A DNA stretch of 64,000 nt from Calditrichota bacterium (GTDB lineage Bacteria; Zhuqueibacterota; Zhuqueibacteria; Thermofontimicrobiales; Thermofontimicrobiaceae), in contig JAADFU010000094.1 in NCBI GenBank assembly GCA_013152715.1, forward strand, positions 12,610-76,609, written 5' to 3'. The first letter of the stretch is position 1. Every line of letters begins with the position of its first letter. The notes under the pieces were generated by a model. The model saw only the letters and a list, made by a program, of their open reading frames with translations. It searched no databases and had not been told where the DNA came from. Below are positions 27,030-37,453 of this stretch, one piece after another. The position numbers were made by a program, and so were the translations under genes.

Positions 27030-29645
27030 TTATATTTCCAGCGGAGTTATTTGTTTTTGGTCCAGTTGTATCATCAGCGCTTTTCTGTGCACCCGAGTCA
27101 AAGCGATCTTTTCTTCGTCCATGCCAAACATCTCCGCTAAAATCTCCTGCATGCGCGCTGTTTTTGACTCTTGAAAAAGTGTTGTCATTACCAATTTCTG
27201 CGAAGCTCTGTCCAAATTGACGGCGTCGACGTAAGGACGAATATCGACTTCCACGACGTCATTTTTTCGTTTCCGCTGCACCACGACGCTCTCGCGCGCG
27301 ATGAACTTAATGATTTTTTCGTTCAATTGCGATTTGTCAAAAATTCCCGGCAATTTTATTTCATAAATTGCCCGATTGATAACAGCCGCCAGAGAACGCG
27401 GTTTTCCGAAAATATTTTTCGCTTTCAAAATTCGTAGTCCTGTCGGAAGCACGCGATTCAAGTGAGTAATGATTTCTTTGCCGCGCTCCTGAAAATATTG
27501 AACGTCCAGATATTCTGCCTCGCTGGTAAAACCAATCGCCAGCGGCGGACTGTAAGCAATTTTCGGATGCGGATGAAATCCCTGAGAATAGGCTAATTTA
27601 ATTCCGGCACGGCGAAAGGCGCGTTCAAAAATTGTCACCAAGTCCAGATGAGAAGTAAACCGAACTTCTTCGCCTTTGGAATAGCGCAAACGAATCAAAC
27701 GCGCTTCCGGTTGCGCTGTCTCCGTCACTTTTCGCAAAGACCTGCCGTAAAAATTTTTCTTCTCGCGTTCGGGATCATGAGCAACTTTGGGTTCGGTATC
27801 AGCGCGATTGCCGCTGATAATCTCCTTGCACGCCGCCGTTGTCATCAGCCCACAGCCGTGGCAGGTCGAAGTGCGGCAGTCGGACGTGGGAGTTCTCTCT
27901 AAAGATTTCTGATACTCTTTGACAAGATATTTTTTGGCAACGCCCTTGTCAATGTGATCCCACGGCAGCGCTTCGTCTAAATCGCGCTGGCGCACAAAAA
28001 TCTGCGGATCGAGCTGATTGGTTTCAAATGCATCCAGCCATGCCTGAAAATTGAAATGATCAGACCAGGCGTCAAATTTCGCGCCGTTTTTCCAGGCATC
28101 GAGAATAACCGCCCCCAGACGACGATCGCCGCGTGCCATGACTCCTTCCAGAAATGCGACTTCCGGATCCCGCCAGCTAAATTTAAACATGAAATCAGAC
28201 AGCCGATCTTTCAGGTAAAAAATCTTTTGCTGCATTTCTTCGATGGAGCTTTGCGCCACCCACTGAAAAGCCGTGCCGGCTTTGGGACAGAACGGCGAAA
28301 CAGAAATGTTAATATTTTTCCCCCGATAACTCTGGGCGATTTTTCTCACTTGCCGGACAAGTTCAACGATCCCTTCTAAATCCTCCGGTTTTTCTTCTGG
28401 CAATCCGATCATGAAATACAACTTGACCGAATTCCACCCATTAGAAAACGCAATTTCCGCCGCTCGCAGCAGGTCTTCGTTGCTATTGGTTTTGTTAATC
28501 ACATTGCGCAGTTCCGACGTCCCTGCCTCAGGCGCCAGCGTGAGACCGGTCTTGCGAATTTTGCGCCCGAAGCGCGCCATCTCCGGAGTGAAACTTTCCG
28601 TGCGCAACGACGGAAACGATACCGTCACCATGTCCGATTCCAGTTTTCGCGACAGTCTCGTGAGCAATGGCAATAGTTGGCTGTAATCAGAAGTCGAAAG
28701 CGATGCCAGCGAAATCTCGTCGTAGCCGGTGTTTTTAATGACAGCCTCGATATGCCGCTCCAACTCATCGACGCTGCGCTCGCGCACAGGTCTGTAAATG
28801 TAACCTGCGTTGCAGAAACGACACCCCTGGGTACAACCGCGCATGATTTCCACCGAGTAGCGGTCATGCGTCGTCTCGATCAACGGGACCAACGGCTTGG
28901 TGGGATAATATTCCGTTTTTAATGCATCGACCATGCGTGCCGTGATTTTTTCCGGCGCCGATATTCCATCTTTCGCTTTTAAGCTTTTGAAAAGAATCCC
29001 CTCATATTCCGCTTCGTACAAAGATGGCACATAAATGCCTTCGATTTTTGCCAACTCGGGAAGCAGCGTTTTTCTGGACGTTTTCTCCTTTTTTAAAGCG
29101 CGAAATTTTTCCACAAATTCAGCGACAACCTCCTCGCCGTCACCGATAACAAAAGCATCGATAAATTCTGCAATTGGTTCCGGATTAAACGCGCAGGGGC
29201 CCCCGGCAATGATGAGTGGATCTGCCTCTGTCCGATCTCGCGCCAGAATCGGAATTTCCGACAAGTCCAGCATATTGAGAATATTGGTAAAATGCAACTC
29301 ATACTGCAGCGTGAATCCGACAATGTCAAAATCGCGGATGGGTCTCTTTGATTCCAGAGAAAAAAGCGAGAGTGACTTTTTCCGCAACAATTCTTCCATA
29401 TCGATGCCCGGAGCGTAGACGCGCTCGGCTGCCACATAATCGATCTTATTCAAAAGATGATACAAAATCTCAAAACCGACATGCGACATGGCAATTTCAT
29501 ACATGTCAGGAAAAGCAAGAGCAAAGGTGACATCGACTTTGTCCCATTTTTTTTTGATGACATGGATTTCGTTGCCCGTGTAACGACCGGGTTTATTCAC
29601 CAGTGGAAGTATTTGATTCTCAATCAATTGTGCGAAATCTTGCAT
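27030..29645 (-). CDS. Fused B12-binding radical SAM protein (TIGR03960-like) with TIGR03936/DUF2344-like C-terminal domain
   Basis: Radical SAM Cys motif CTQGCRFCNAGY. An N-terminal B12-binding-like region. The C-terminal ~250 aa resemble the radical-SAM-associated DUF2344 protein that is usually a separate gene next to rng/rne. Confidence 0.75.
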   Translation of the reverse strand: MQDFAQLIENQILPLVNKPGRYTGNEIHVIKKKWDKVDVTFALAFPDMYEIAMSHVGFEILYHLLNKIDYVAAERVYAPGIDMEELLRKKSLSLFSLESKRPIRDFDIVGFTLQYELHFTNILNMLDLSEIPILARDRTEADPLIIAGGPCAFNPEPIAEFIDAFVIGDGEEVVAEFVEKFRALKKEKTSRKTLLPELAKIEGIYVPSLYEAEYEGILFKSLKAKDGISAPEKITARMVDALKTEYYPTKPLVPLIETTHDRYSVEIMRGCTQGCRFCNAGYIYRPVRERSVDELERHIEAVIKNTGYDEISLASLSTSDYSQLLPLLTRLSRKLESDMVTVSFPSLRTESFTPEMARFGRKIRKTGLTLAPEAGTSELRNVINKTNSNEDLLRAAEIAFSNGWNSVKLYFMIGLPEEKPEDLEGIVELVRQVRKIAQSYRGKNINISVSPFCPKAGTAFQWVAQSSIEEMQQKIFYLKDRLSDFMFKFSWRDPEVAFLEGVMARGDRRLGAVILDAWKNGAKFDAWSDHFNFQAWLDAFETNQLDPQIFVRQRDLDEALPWDHIDKGVAKKYLVKEYQKSLERTPTSDCRTSTCHGCGLMTTAACKEIISGNRADTEPKVAHDPEREKKNFYGRSLRKVTETAQPEARLIRLRYSKGEEVRFTSHLDLVTIFERAFRRAGIKLAYSQGFHPHPKIAYSPPLAIGFTSEAEYLDVQYFQERGKEIITHLNRVLPTGLRILKAKNIFGKPRSLAAVINRAIYEIKLPGIFDKSQLNEKIIKFIARESVVVQRKRKNDVVEVDIRPYVDAVNLDRASQKLVMTTLFQESKTARMQEILAEMFGMDEEKIALTRVHRKALMIQLDQKQITPLEI

Positions 29646-29861
29646 GCAGTAAAGACCTAAAATTTTGACTCTGAAAATTTTTTCAAAAAAATAAATTCAA
29701 CTAAATTTTCAACGAATAGTTGAATTAAAAGTTCCTGTTCAAAAAAACAATTTTCGGCAAAAAGCAAGAGAAAATGACGCATAGCCCAAAAAGAAACTTC
29801 AAATCACCGCTAAAAGCGTCCAGATTTTTTCTCTTTTTTAAAATATTCATAAATGCTCACG

Positions 29862-29905
29862 TAGCCGATAATAAAAATCGGGCATGAAACCCACTGCCCG
29901 ATTTT
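29862..29905 (-). terminator. Intrinsic terminator downstream of the kor operon (11-bp stem AAAATCGGGCA/TGCCCGATTTT followed by TTTATTAT on the minus strand)
   Basis: Perfect inverted repeat and T-run read on the reverse strand immediately after the korB/G stop. Confidence 0.5.
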
Positions 29906-29950
29906 CATCGTCCACTATTTTGGTTGCGATTCAGCGACAAAATAAAGCGC

Positions 29951-31390
29951 TCAAGCGTGATTTTCTCTGATGAAACGCACGCCTTCCTGAATCGCTTTCA
30001 CGTTGATATCCACATATTTTTTCTTTTTCAGATTCTTTTTGATGGATTCAATCGCCACATTCGGGCCCATAATTTTTGTGTACTCAAGGTACGCGCCGAT
30101 ACAAACCGAATTCGCCACCGCCGTCAATCCCAAATTAGCAGCCATTTCCGTGAGCGGAATGTACAGAGCGCGCACATCGGAGCGCTTCACTTTTCTGTCA
30201 ATGATAGAACTGTTGACGATAATCAAACCGCCTTCTTCCACTGAATCCTCGAACGCATCCAGCGACGGACCGTTCATGGCAATCAACACATTGGGGTGCG
30301 TCGTCAACGGAGATCCGATGCGCTTGTTGGACAAAATAACGCTACAGTTCGCCGTGCCGCCGCGCATTTCCGGACCGTAAGACGGAATCCAACTGACATT
30401 CAAATCCTGCGTCATGGCAGCGTCCGCCAGCATGACGCCCATAGTTAAAACGCCTTGCCCGCCGAAACCGGCAATTTTCAGCTTCTGCTCCGGAAACTTC
30501 TCGATGAAATCCTCGTCGACTTTTACTTGCTCTTTTTCGCCAGCAATTTTCAAAATTTGCAGTATTTCTTCGTCTGTCAAATCTTTCTTCTGAATCTTGC
30601 GCGGTTCGACTTCATCGCTATTGTCCTTGAACACTTTCACCGGATAGTACGGCATCATTTTTTCTTCAATCCATTTCTGGGATTCCACAGAAGTTATTTT
30701 CCAGCCGGTCGGGCACGGAGAAAGAACCTCTACGAACGAAAAACCTTTGTTTTCGATTTGATTTTTTAAAGCCTTCCGGATTGCCCTTTTCGTGCGATTG
30801 ATGGACTTGAAATCAACCAACGCGGTTCTCTCCACATAAACCGGCATTTCGAGAGTGCTGATAATTTCGCACATGCGAATGGGGAAACCTTCGTTTTGCG
30901 CGGAACGGCCGTAAGGACTGGTCGTTGTTTTCTGGCCGACCATTGTCGTCGGCGCCATTTGTCCGCCAGTCATGCCGTAAATCGCATTGTTGATAAAAAT
31001 TACCGTCATATTTTCGCCGCGGTTGGCAGCGTTGAGAATTTCTGCGCCTCCGATAGCAGCCAGGTCTCCGTCTCCCTGGTAGGAAATCACGATACTCTCA
31101 GGATTGGCGCGTTTCAGACCGGTCCCGACAGCGGGCGCGCGTCCGTGAGCCGCCTGGACATTGCCGGTGTCAAAATAATAGTAGGCAAAAACCGAACAGC
31201 CGACCGGAGAAATTAAAATTGTCCGATCCGCAATGCCGAAATCTTCTATCGCTTCAGCGAGAATTTTGTGCACATTGCCGTGGCCGCAACCGGGACAGTA
31301 GTGCGTTGTCTCCAGATTGGCGCCACCTTTCCGTTCAAATTTATCGTAAAAAGTTCTTGGCTTTTCTAATGTTTGCGCTTTCATAGCCAC
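29951..31390 (-). CDS. korB: 2-oxoacid:ferredoxin oxidoreductase beta subunit (TPP-binding) fused to gamma subunit
   Basis: HYCPGCGHG and GDG…N TPP-binding motifs (beta). The C-terminal ~190 aa carry the gamma-subunit signature (KIAGFGGQGVLTMG…SYGPEMRGG). Confidence 0.8.
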   Translation of the reverse strand: MAMKAQTLEKPRTFYDKFERKGGANLETTHYCPGCGHGNVHKILAEAIEDFGIADRTILISPVGCSVFAYYYFDTGNVQAAHGRAPAVGTGLKRANPESIVISYQGDGDLAAIGGAEILNAANRGENMTVIFINNAIYGMTGGQMAPTTMVGQKTTTSPYGRSAQNEGFPIRMCEIISTLEMPVYVERTALVDFKSINRTKRAIRKALKNQIENKGFSFVEVLSPCPTGWKITSVESQKWIEEKMMPYYPVKVFKDNSDEVEPRKIQKKDLTDEEILQILKIAGEKEQVKVDEDFIEKFPEQKLKIAGFGGQGVLTMGVMLADAAMTQDLNVSWIPSYGPEMRGGTANCSVILSNKRIGSPLTTHPNVLIAMNGPSLDAFEDSVEEGGLIIVNSSIIDRKVKRSDVRALYIPLTEMAANLGLTAVANSVCIGAYLEYTKIMGPNVAIESIKKNLKKKKYVDINVKAIQEGVRFIRENHA

Positions 31391-31402
31391 TCCTCATGCT
31401 GG

Positions 31403-32446
31403 TTAAATAAATTTCCGAGCCTCTTCTAAAAGTTCCTCCACCGTAGGAACAGCGCCGCCCATTCTTCCGTAGAAATGAATTTCGCGGCGCCCGTTAACGG
31501 CAAGTTTCACATCGTCAACCATTTGTCCGTTGCTGAGTTCAACAACCAGAAAATGTTTGGCGCTTTCAGCAAGATCAGCCACTTTCTTTGTTGGGAAAGG
31601 AAATAAGGTGATAGGGCGCAACAGCCCGACCTTTTTCCCTTCTGCACGAAGGATTTCCACCACATTTTGCAGCATTCGGGAAACAATGCCGTAGCCGACT
31701 AATACTAAATCAGCATCTTCGACATGTAACTCCTCAAAACGAACTTCTTTTTCTGCTAATTCCTGATACTTTCTTTGCAAGTGGCGATTGTGCTCTTCCA
31801 GAATCTGAGTATTCATCAAAATCGACGTGATCAAATTTTTCTGCGTTTTTTTGTCGCCGTACAGAGCCCATTCCTTGTAAGGCACTTTTTTTCGCGTTGT
31901 CGGGAAATCCACTGGTTCCATCATCTGGCCGATGTAAGCATCCGTGAGAACGACGACCGGATTTCGATATTGATCAGCAAGCTCAAACGCAAGCATGGTC
32001 AAATCACACATTTCCTGCGCCGCATTTGGCGCGAGGACGACATTTCGATAATTGCCGTGACCGCCGCCTTTGACGATCTGATTGTAATCGCCCTGTTCCG
32101 GCCAGATATTTCCCAAGCCGGGGCCTGCACGCATCACGTCAATAATAACGCACGGCAACTCAGCGCCGGCGATGTAAGAAATACCTTCCTGCTTCAGGCT
32201 CAATCCGGGTCCCGAAGAAGCTGTCATTACTCTTTTTCCCGCACTGGCAGCACCGTAAACCATATTAATCGCCGCTACTTCGCTTTCCGCTTGCACAAAT
32301 GTGCCTCCCATTAAAGGGAAATAATTTGCAGCCGCTTCGGCAATTTCACTGGCAGGCGTAATCGGATAGCCAAAATACAAACTGCACCCCGCCAGCAAAG
32401 CCCCTTTGACAACTGCCTCGTTACCTTTTATTAATTGTTTAGGCAT
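31403..32446 (-). CDS. korA: 2-oxoacid:ferredoxin oxidoreductase alpha subunit
   Basis: [21 protein letters not shown]…[10 protein letters not shown]…SGPGLSL typical of KorA/PorA. The ORF track extends 28 codons upstream into korD; the start at MPKQL is preferred. Confidence 0.85.
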   Translation of the reverse strand: MPKQLIKGNEAVVKGALLAGCSLYFGYPITPASEIAEAAANYFPLMGGTFVQAESEVAAINMVYGAASAGKRVMTASSGPGLSLKQEGISYIAGAELPCVIIDVMRAGPGLGNIWPEQGDYNQIVKGGGHGNYRNVVLAPNAAQEMCDLTMLAFELADQYRNPVVVLTDAYIGQMMEPVDFPTTRKKVPYKEWALYGDKKTQKNLITSILMNTQILEEHNRHLQRKYQELAEKEVRFEELHVEDADLVLVGYGIVSRMLQNVVEILRAEGKKVGLLRPITLFPFPTKKVADLAESAKHFLVVELSNGQMVDDVKLAVNGRREIHFYGRMGGAVPTVEELLEEARKFI

Positions 32447-32448
32447 AA

Positions 32449-32700
32449 CTATTCTCCCTTTGCTTTTTTGTAAACAATTATCGCTCCTGGTTCCGGACAG
32501 GCGTAAAAGCAAATCGTACAACCGGTACATCCCTCTCCTGTATATCGAGCGTAATTATATCCCATCTGATTAAATTTACCGGAAAATTCAATCACGTCTT
32601 TGGGACAATGTTCTATGCAAAGCCCGCATCCCTTGCAAAGTTCGTTTACAACTTCAATCGCCGGTAGCGCCATATCAACTTCAACGATCTCGCTTGCCAT
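32449..32700 (-). CDS. korD: 4Fe-4S ferredoxin-type delta subunit of 2-oxoacid:ferredoxin oxidoreductase
   Basis: Two CxxCxxCxxxCP clusters ([24 protein letters not shown]). Immediately upstream of korA. Confidence 0.8.
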   Translation of the reverse strand: MASEIVEVDMALPAIEVVNELCKGCGLCIEHCPKDVIEFSGKFNQMGYNYARYTGEGCTGCTICFYACPEPGAIIVYKKAKGE

Positions 32701-33066
32701 GAACGCCTCCTTAAAATAAAATTTGATATTTTAACTAAAATTTAGAATCTTGTTCTGCAAAATGACAGATTTGCCTTATTTGATAACTCAATTAGAGAAA
32801 ATATTATAACAATTTTTTTTCTGTTTTGCAAGGATTTTTTCCTCTTTTTCAAGAAAAATGTCTTCCTTTGCCCTGTTAAAGGCAATTTACCGATCTCGTG
32901 AAAACAAAAAATGTCAATTTTGCAAGTTTTCTCTTGACTCATTGGATTTTTTTCATTAATTTAAAAGCTCTTAAATTGCAGCAACGAATTTGTTCCTTCA
33001 TTTAAAACGAAGCCGTTGGTTCTTTATCGAATTCTACTGATTTTTTGATCTTGCAAAGAGGCATTT

Positions 33067-33540
33067 ATGAAAAGAGCCACACAATTATTGTTTGCACTCT
33101 TTTTCATTCTTTCCCTCAGTTCGGTTCTTTCAGGCAAGGATGAAACAATTTTTGAACAACGCCGCCAGAAAATTCTTCAAAGCATGCCCGAAAACAGCCT
33201 GCTCATTCTCGCAGCAACTCCTGAATGCTATCGTTTCGGATTTAATTTTCACCAGAACAGCGATCTTTTCTATCTCACCGGCAACCGCAACGAAGCAGTC
33301 ATCGAGTCATGGACGCCGGGAATTTACATCCCGGAAAATTCAGAGCTGCCCAAAGAATACTGGAACATCGGCGTGGGAATCGAAGACGGTATTTTGATCA
33401 CCGAAAACGGTCATCGATTGCTGGCGAGGGGGCTTATCAAATCAGTGGATGATATTGGAAAATTGATGGCAGAAAAAAGTATCTTGGAAAAATTTACAGC
33501 GAAGAAGCAGTCAAATAAAAGTCAGGCGCGGGCTTTTTAA
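33067..33540 (+). CDS. Secreted mini-protein derived from aminopeptidase P (PepP): N-terminal ~55 aa joined in-frame to C-terminal ~60 aa, catalytic core missing (probable gene remnant)
   Basis: Signal peptide, then [22 protein letters not shown]…[19 protein letters not shown] (matches the PepP N-terminus FQRRRQAL…YRQNSDFWYFTGFNEPEAVL). This is joined directly to [26 protein letters not shown]…DDIGKLM (matches the PepP C-terminus PEQYRGIGIRIEDDIVITETGNENLT…EEIEALM). Confidence 0.5.
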   Translation: MKRATQLLFALFFILSLSSVLSGKDETIFEQRRQKILQSMPENSLLILAATPECYRFGFNFHQNSDLFYLTGNRNEAVIESWTPGIYIPENSELPKEYWNIGVGIEDGILITENGHRLLARGLIKSVDDIGKLMAEKSILEKFTAKKQSNKSQARAF

Positions 33541-33598
33541 AGAAAAATTTTTTTTCACAAGCAAAAATAGAAAAACGACATCATTAACGAGAAAAAAT

Positions 33599-35149
33599 AT
33601 GACGAAAGATCCTAAATTAGAAAAACTTTTCCAGCTAAAAAAAGAGGCAAAATTAGGCGGCGGCCAACATCGTATCGAAACGCAGCATAAGAAAGGGAAA
33701 CTCACTGCGCGCGAACGAATCGAACTTTTGCTCGACAGAGATTCTTTTGTGGAAATGGACATGTTCGTCAAACATCGCTGCACCGATTTTGGTCTGGACA
33801 AAGAAAAGTATCCCGGTGACGGCGTGATTACCGGCTACGGACGAATCGAAGGACGGCTTGTTTTTATTTTTTCCCAGGATTTCACCGTCTTCGGCGGTTC
33901 GCTTTCCGAAAGTTACGCGAAAAAAATTTGCAAAATCATGGATTTAGCCATGAAAGTCGGCGCCCCGGTCATTGGCATTAACGACTCCGGCGGCGCGCGC
34001 ATCCAGGAAGGTGTGGACAGTCTCGGCGGTTACGCGGAAATTTTTCTTCGCAACACGCTGGCGTCCGGAGTGATTCCGCAAATTAGCATCGTCGCCGGGC
34101 CCTGTGCCGGCGGCGCAGTTTACTCGCCGGCGATTACAGATTTCATTTTCATGGTAAAAAACACCTCCTACATGTTCGTCACCGGACCTAATGTGGTGAA
34201 AACTGTCACCCACGAAAATGTCAGTTTCGAAGAATTGGGTGGCGCCATCACCCACAGCAGCAAAAGCGGCGTCTCTCATTTTGCCTGCGAAAATGAAATT
34301 GCCGCGTTCGAAGCTGTGAGAAAACTTATGAGCTACGTGCCGCTCAACAATGTCGATGATCCGCCATTTGTGGAGACAAACGATCCGGTCGATCGCAGCG
34401 ATGAGCGTCTGGACACTATTGTTCCTGACAATCCGAATAAACCGTACGACATGAAAGACATCATTCGCCTCGTGGTTGACGACGGCGAATTTCTCGAAGT
34501 TCAACCTGATTGGGCGGCAAACATCATCATTGGTTTTGCGCGTTTGGGAGGCTACTCCGTTGGCATCGTAGGAAATCAGCCCATGGTACTGGCTGGCGTG
34601 CTGGACATTGATTCTTCCAGCAAAGCGGCGAGATTTGTCCGTTTCTGCGACGCATTCAATATTCCGCTGATTACCTTCGTTGACGTGCCCGGATTTTTGC
34701 CCGGAACGGCACAGGAATTCGGCGGTATCATTAAGCATGGCGCTAAATTGCTTTACGCCTTTTGCGAAGCGACCGTGCCTAAAATCACTATCATCACTCG
34801 AAAAGCTTACGGCGGCGCCTACGACGTCATGAGCAGTAAACACATCCGCGGCGACGTTAATTTGGCCTGGCCTTCCGCAGAATTAGCTGTGATGGGGCCC
34901 AAAGGCGCCGTGGAAATTATTTTCAAAAAAGAGATTGCCGCCGCCAATGATCCGGACAAGGCATTAGAGGAAAAATTATCCGAATTCATCACTGAATTTG
35001 CCAACCCCTACAAAGCAGCCGAGCGCGGCTATATTGACGATGTGATTGAGCCGAAATTCACCAGACCGAATTTGATTCAAGCGCTGCAAATGTTAGAAAC
35101 AAAAACCGACACTAATCCGAGGAAGAAACACGGAAATATTCCACTTTGA
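33599..35149 (+). CDS. Acyl-CoA carboxylase carboxyltransferase subunit (propionyl-CoA carboxylase beta / methylmalonyl-CoA carboxyltransferase family)
   Basis: Full-length carboxyl-transferase pattern (…[14 protein letters not shown]…[22 protein letters not shown]…[13 protein letters not shown]…). Confidence 0.85.
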   Translation: MTKDPKLEKLFQLKKEAKLGGGQHRIETQHKKGKLTARERIELLLDRDSFVEMDMFVKHRCTDFGLDKEKYPGDGVITGYGRIEGRLVFIFSQDFTVFGGSLSESYAKKICKIMDLAMKVGAPVIGINDSGGARIQEGVDSLGGYAEIFLRNTLASGVIPQISIVAGPCAGGAVYSPAITDFIFMVKNTSYMFVTGPNVVKTVTHENVSFEELGGAITHSSKSGVSHFACENEIAAFEAVRKLMSYVPLNNVDDPPFVETNDPVDRSDERLDTIVPDNPNKPYDMKDIIRLVVDDGEFLEVQPDWAANIIIGFARLGGYSVGIVGNQPMVLAGVLDIDSSSKAARFVRFCDAFNIPLITFVDVPGFLPGTAQEFGGIIKHGAKLLYAFCEATVPKITIITRKAYGGAYDVMSSKHIRGDVNLAWPSAELAVMGPKGAVEIIFKKEIAAANDPDKALEEKLSEFITEFANPYKAAERGYIDDVIEPKFTRPNLIQALQMLETKTDTNPRKKHGNIPL

Positions 35150-35166
35150 TTTTTTAAATTTTCCCG

Positions 35167-35205
35167 CCCTTTCAGAAATTCCAAACCTTTGAAAGGGTTG
35201 AATTG
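35167..35205 (+). terminator. Possible intrinsic terminator after the carboxyltransferase gene (stem CCCTTTCA/TGAAAGGG, 15-nt loop, weak T-rich tail)
   Basis: Inverted repeat at 35167-35174 / 35190-35197 seen in the sequence. Confidence 0.3.
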
Positions 35206-35323
35206 CTGATTTTGAATTTGGAAATTAAAATTCGTTTAAAACTTGGAAATTGTGATTAGGAATTTTTTAAATATATCGCTAAACCATTATTTTTATTAAA
35301 AAATATTACAACGAAGAAAAACT

Positions 35324-36829
35324 ATGTTTTCAAAAATCCTCATCGCTAACCGTGGCGAAATTGCGGTTCGGATAATGCGCACCTGCCGGGAAATGGGCAT
35401 TTCCACAGTGGCGGTCTATTCCGAAGCCGATCAGACAGCCCGCCACGTGGTTTATGCTGACGAAGCCCACCTTTTGGGACCGGCTCCTGCCAACGAAAGC
35501 TATCTTGTCATCGACAAAATCATCGAAATTGCCAAAGAGAGCGGCGCCGAAGCCATTCATCCGGGATACGGTTTTTTGGCGGAAAATCCGATTTTCGCCC
35601 AGCGCGTGGTGGAAAATGGTCTTATCTTCATCGGGCCTAAACCAGAGACAATCGCGCTGTTAGGTGACAAAATGGCTGCTCGTCAGATCATGGAAAGAGC
35701 CAACGTGCCCATCGTGCCGGGTATGAAAGAGCCAATTTTTTCTCCGCAGCAAGCCTTGCAATTCGCGCAGCAGGTTGGCTATCCCATTCTTTTGAAAGCA
35801 GCGGCTGGCGGCGGCGGCAAAGGCATGCGCATTGTCCGCAACGATTCAGAAATCGAGGAAATGTTTCTGCGCGCGCAATCCGAAGCACAATCCGCATTTG
35901 GCGACAAGCGCGTTTATCTGGAAAAATATCTGGAAAAACCGCGCCACATTGAAATTCAAATTTTGGCGGATGCACACGGAAACGTCATTCATCTTGGCGA
36001 ACGAGAATGTTCAATTCAGCGGCGGCATCAGAAAGTGATCGAAGAATCTCCCTCTCCGGTCGTGGACGAAAATCTGCGGGTTAAAATGGGCGCAACAGCG
36101 GTGAAGGCAGCAAAGGCGTCAGGATATGTGAATGCCGGAACCGTGGAGTTTCTGCTGGATCACGACAAAAAATTTTATTTCCTTGAGGTCAATACGCGTC
36201 TGCAAGTGGAGCATCCGGTCACGGAATTGCTCACCGGACTCGATCTGGTTCGGGAACAAATTCTCGTCGCGGCAGGTGAAAAATTATCGTTGACGCAACA
36301 AGACGTCCAATTTCGCGGTCACGCTATCGAATGCCGCATCTACGCCGAGGATGCGGATAATGAATTTATGCCCTCGGTAGGAACAATTTTCAACTACCGC
36401 GAGCCCGGCGGGCCGGGCGTGCGCGTCGATTCGGGGTTTGGCCGCGGAGACACTGTGCCGATTTATTACGACCCCATCATCGCGAAACTGATTACCTGGG
36501 GACACGACAGAGGGCAAGCGATTGGTCGCATGAAACGTGCATTGGACGAGTACGTAATTCACGGAATTCAGTCAATTATTCCCTTCCACCGCCGGCTTAT
36601 GGAATTGAAAGATTTTGAAACGGGAAATCTATCGACGCATTTCATTCAGGAACATTTCGCACAAAGCAACGAAATTGAAAAATTCAGCGAGAAAGAATTA
36701 GAGGCATTGGCGGCTTTGGTGTGTGCAGTTGATTATTCCGAAAAAAAACGTGCCAGTGGTTTTATTTCCCCAAAGCCGATGCAAAATTGGAAAATGATTC
36801 AGAGATATTGTCAATTGTTGAATCGATAA
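35324..36829 (+). CDS. accC: Biotin carboxylase subunit (acetyl/propionyl-CoA carboxylase)
   Basis: MFSKILIANRGEIAVRIMRTCREMGI… ATP-grasp motifs, …EVNTRLQVEHPVTE… conserved biotin carboxylase core. Confidence 0.9.
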   Translation: MFSKILIANRGEIAVRIMRTCREMGISTVAVYSEADQTARHVVYADEAHLLGPAPANESYLVIDKIIEIAKESGAEAIHPGYGFLAENPIFAQRVVENGLIFIGPKPETIALLGDKMAARQIMERANVPIVPGMKEPIFSPQQALQFAQQVGYPILLKAAAGGGGKGMRIVRNDSEIEEMFLRAQSEAQSAFGDKRVYLEKYLEKPRHIEIQILADAHGNVIHLGERECSIQRRHQKVIEESPSPVVDENLRVKMGATAVKAAKASGYVNAGTVEFLLDHDKKFYFLEVNTRLQVEHPVTELLTGLDLVREQILVAAGEKLSLTQQDVQFRGHAIECRIYAEDADNEFMPSVGTIFNYREPGGPGVRVDSGFGRGDTVPIYYDPIIAKLITWGHDRGQAIGRMKRALDEYVIHGIQSIIPFHRRLMELKDFETGNLSTHFIQEHFAQSNEIEKFSEKELEALAALVCAVDYSEKKRASGFISPKPMQNWKMIQRYCQLLNR

Positions 36830-36907
36830 CCATCTTTGTTCTCTTATTTACCTTTCTCTGTAATCTCTGGGACTCGGTGGCTTAAAAATTGAGGGTTCAA
36901 AGCGACT

Positions 36908-37417
36908 ATGAATTACATCTCACGAATTCGAAACCGAAATTATCGCATCACTCTTTCTGAAACTGTCTCTGGCGAAATTATCGCCGAAATCAATGGAAAG
37001 AAGATACCCGTCACCATTCAACGAAAAAACGGCGACGGCGTCTGTCTGGCTCAAGTCGGCAATCAATTTTTTGAAATCGATATGACGAAAAACGATACTG
37101 ATTATCTTTTGCATTACAGGGGCGAAATCACCCGCGTCTCTGTGGAAGATGAATATTTGTCTCAATTTAAAAAATTCACCAACCACGCGTCCAAACAACA
37201 GATGCAAAAAGAGCTGACAGCGCCCATGCCCGGGCTCGTCGTTACCATTGAAGCAAAAGCCGGCCAACAGGTGCGTCAAGGCGACGGCTTGATCGTTTTC
37301 GAGGCCATGAAAATGGAAAATGAACTCAAAGCGCCGTTTGACGCGACGATAAAAGAAATCAAAGTGAGCGAAAAGCAAGCTGTTGACAAAGATCAGTTAC
37401 TTATTGTTTTTAATTAA
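36908..37417 (+). CDS. Biotin carboxyl carrier / biotin-lipoyl attachment domain protein
   Basis: C-terminal biotinyl domain with the EAMKMENE motif (the biotinylated Lys lies in AMKM). Confidence 0.8.
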   Translation: MNYISRIRNRNYRITLSETVSGEIIAEINGKKIPVTIQRKNGDGVCLAQVGNQFFEIDMTKNDTDYLLHYRGEITRVSVEDEYLSQFKKFTNHASKQQMQKELTAPMPGLVVTIEAKAGQQVRQGDGLIVFEAMKMENELKAPFDATIKEIKVSEKQAVDKDQLLIVFN

Positions 37418-37453
37418 ATTCCCCAGGAGAAACTCGCAACTCGAAATCCGAAG

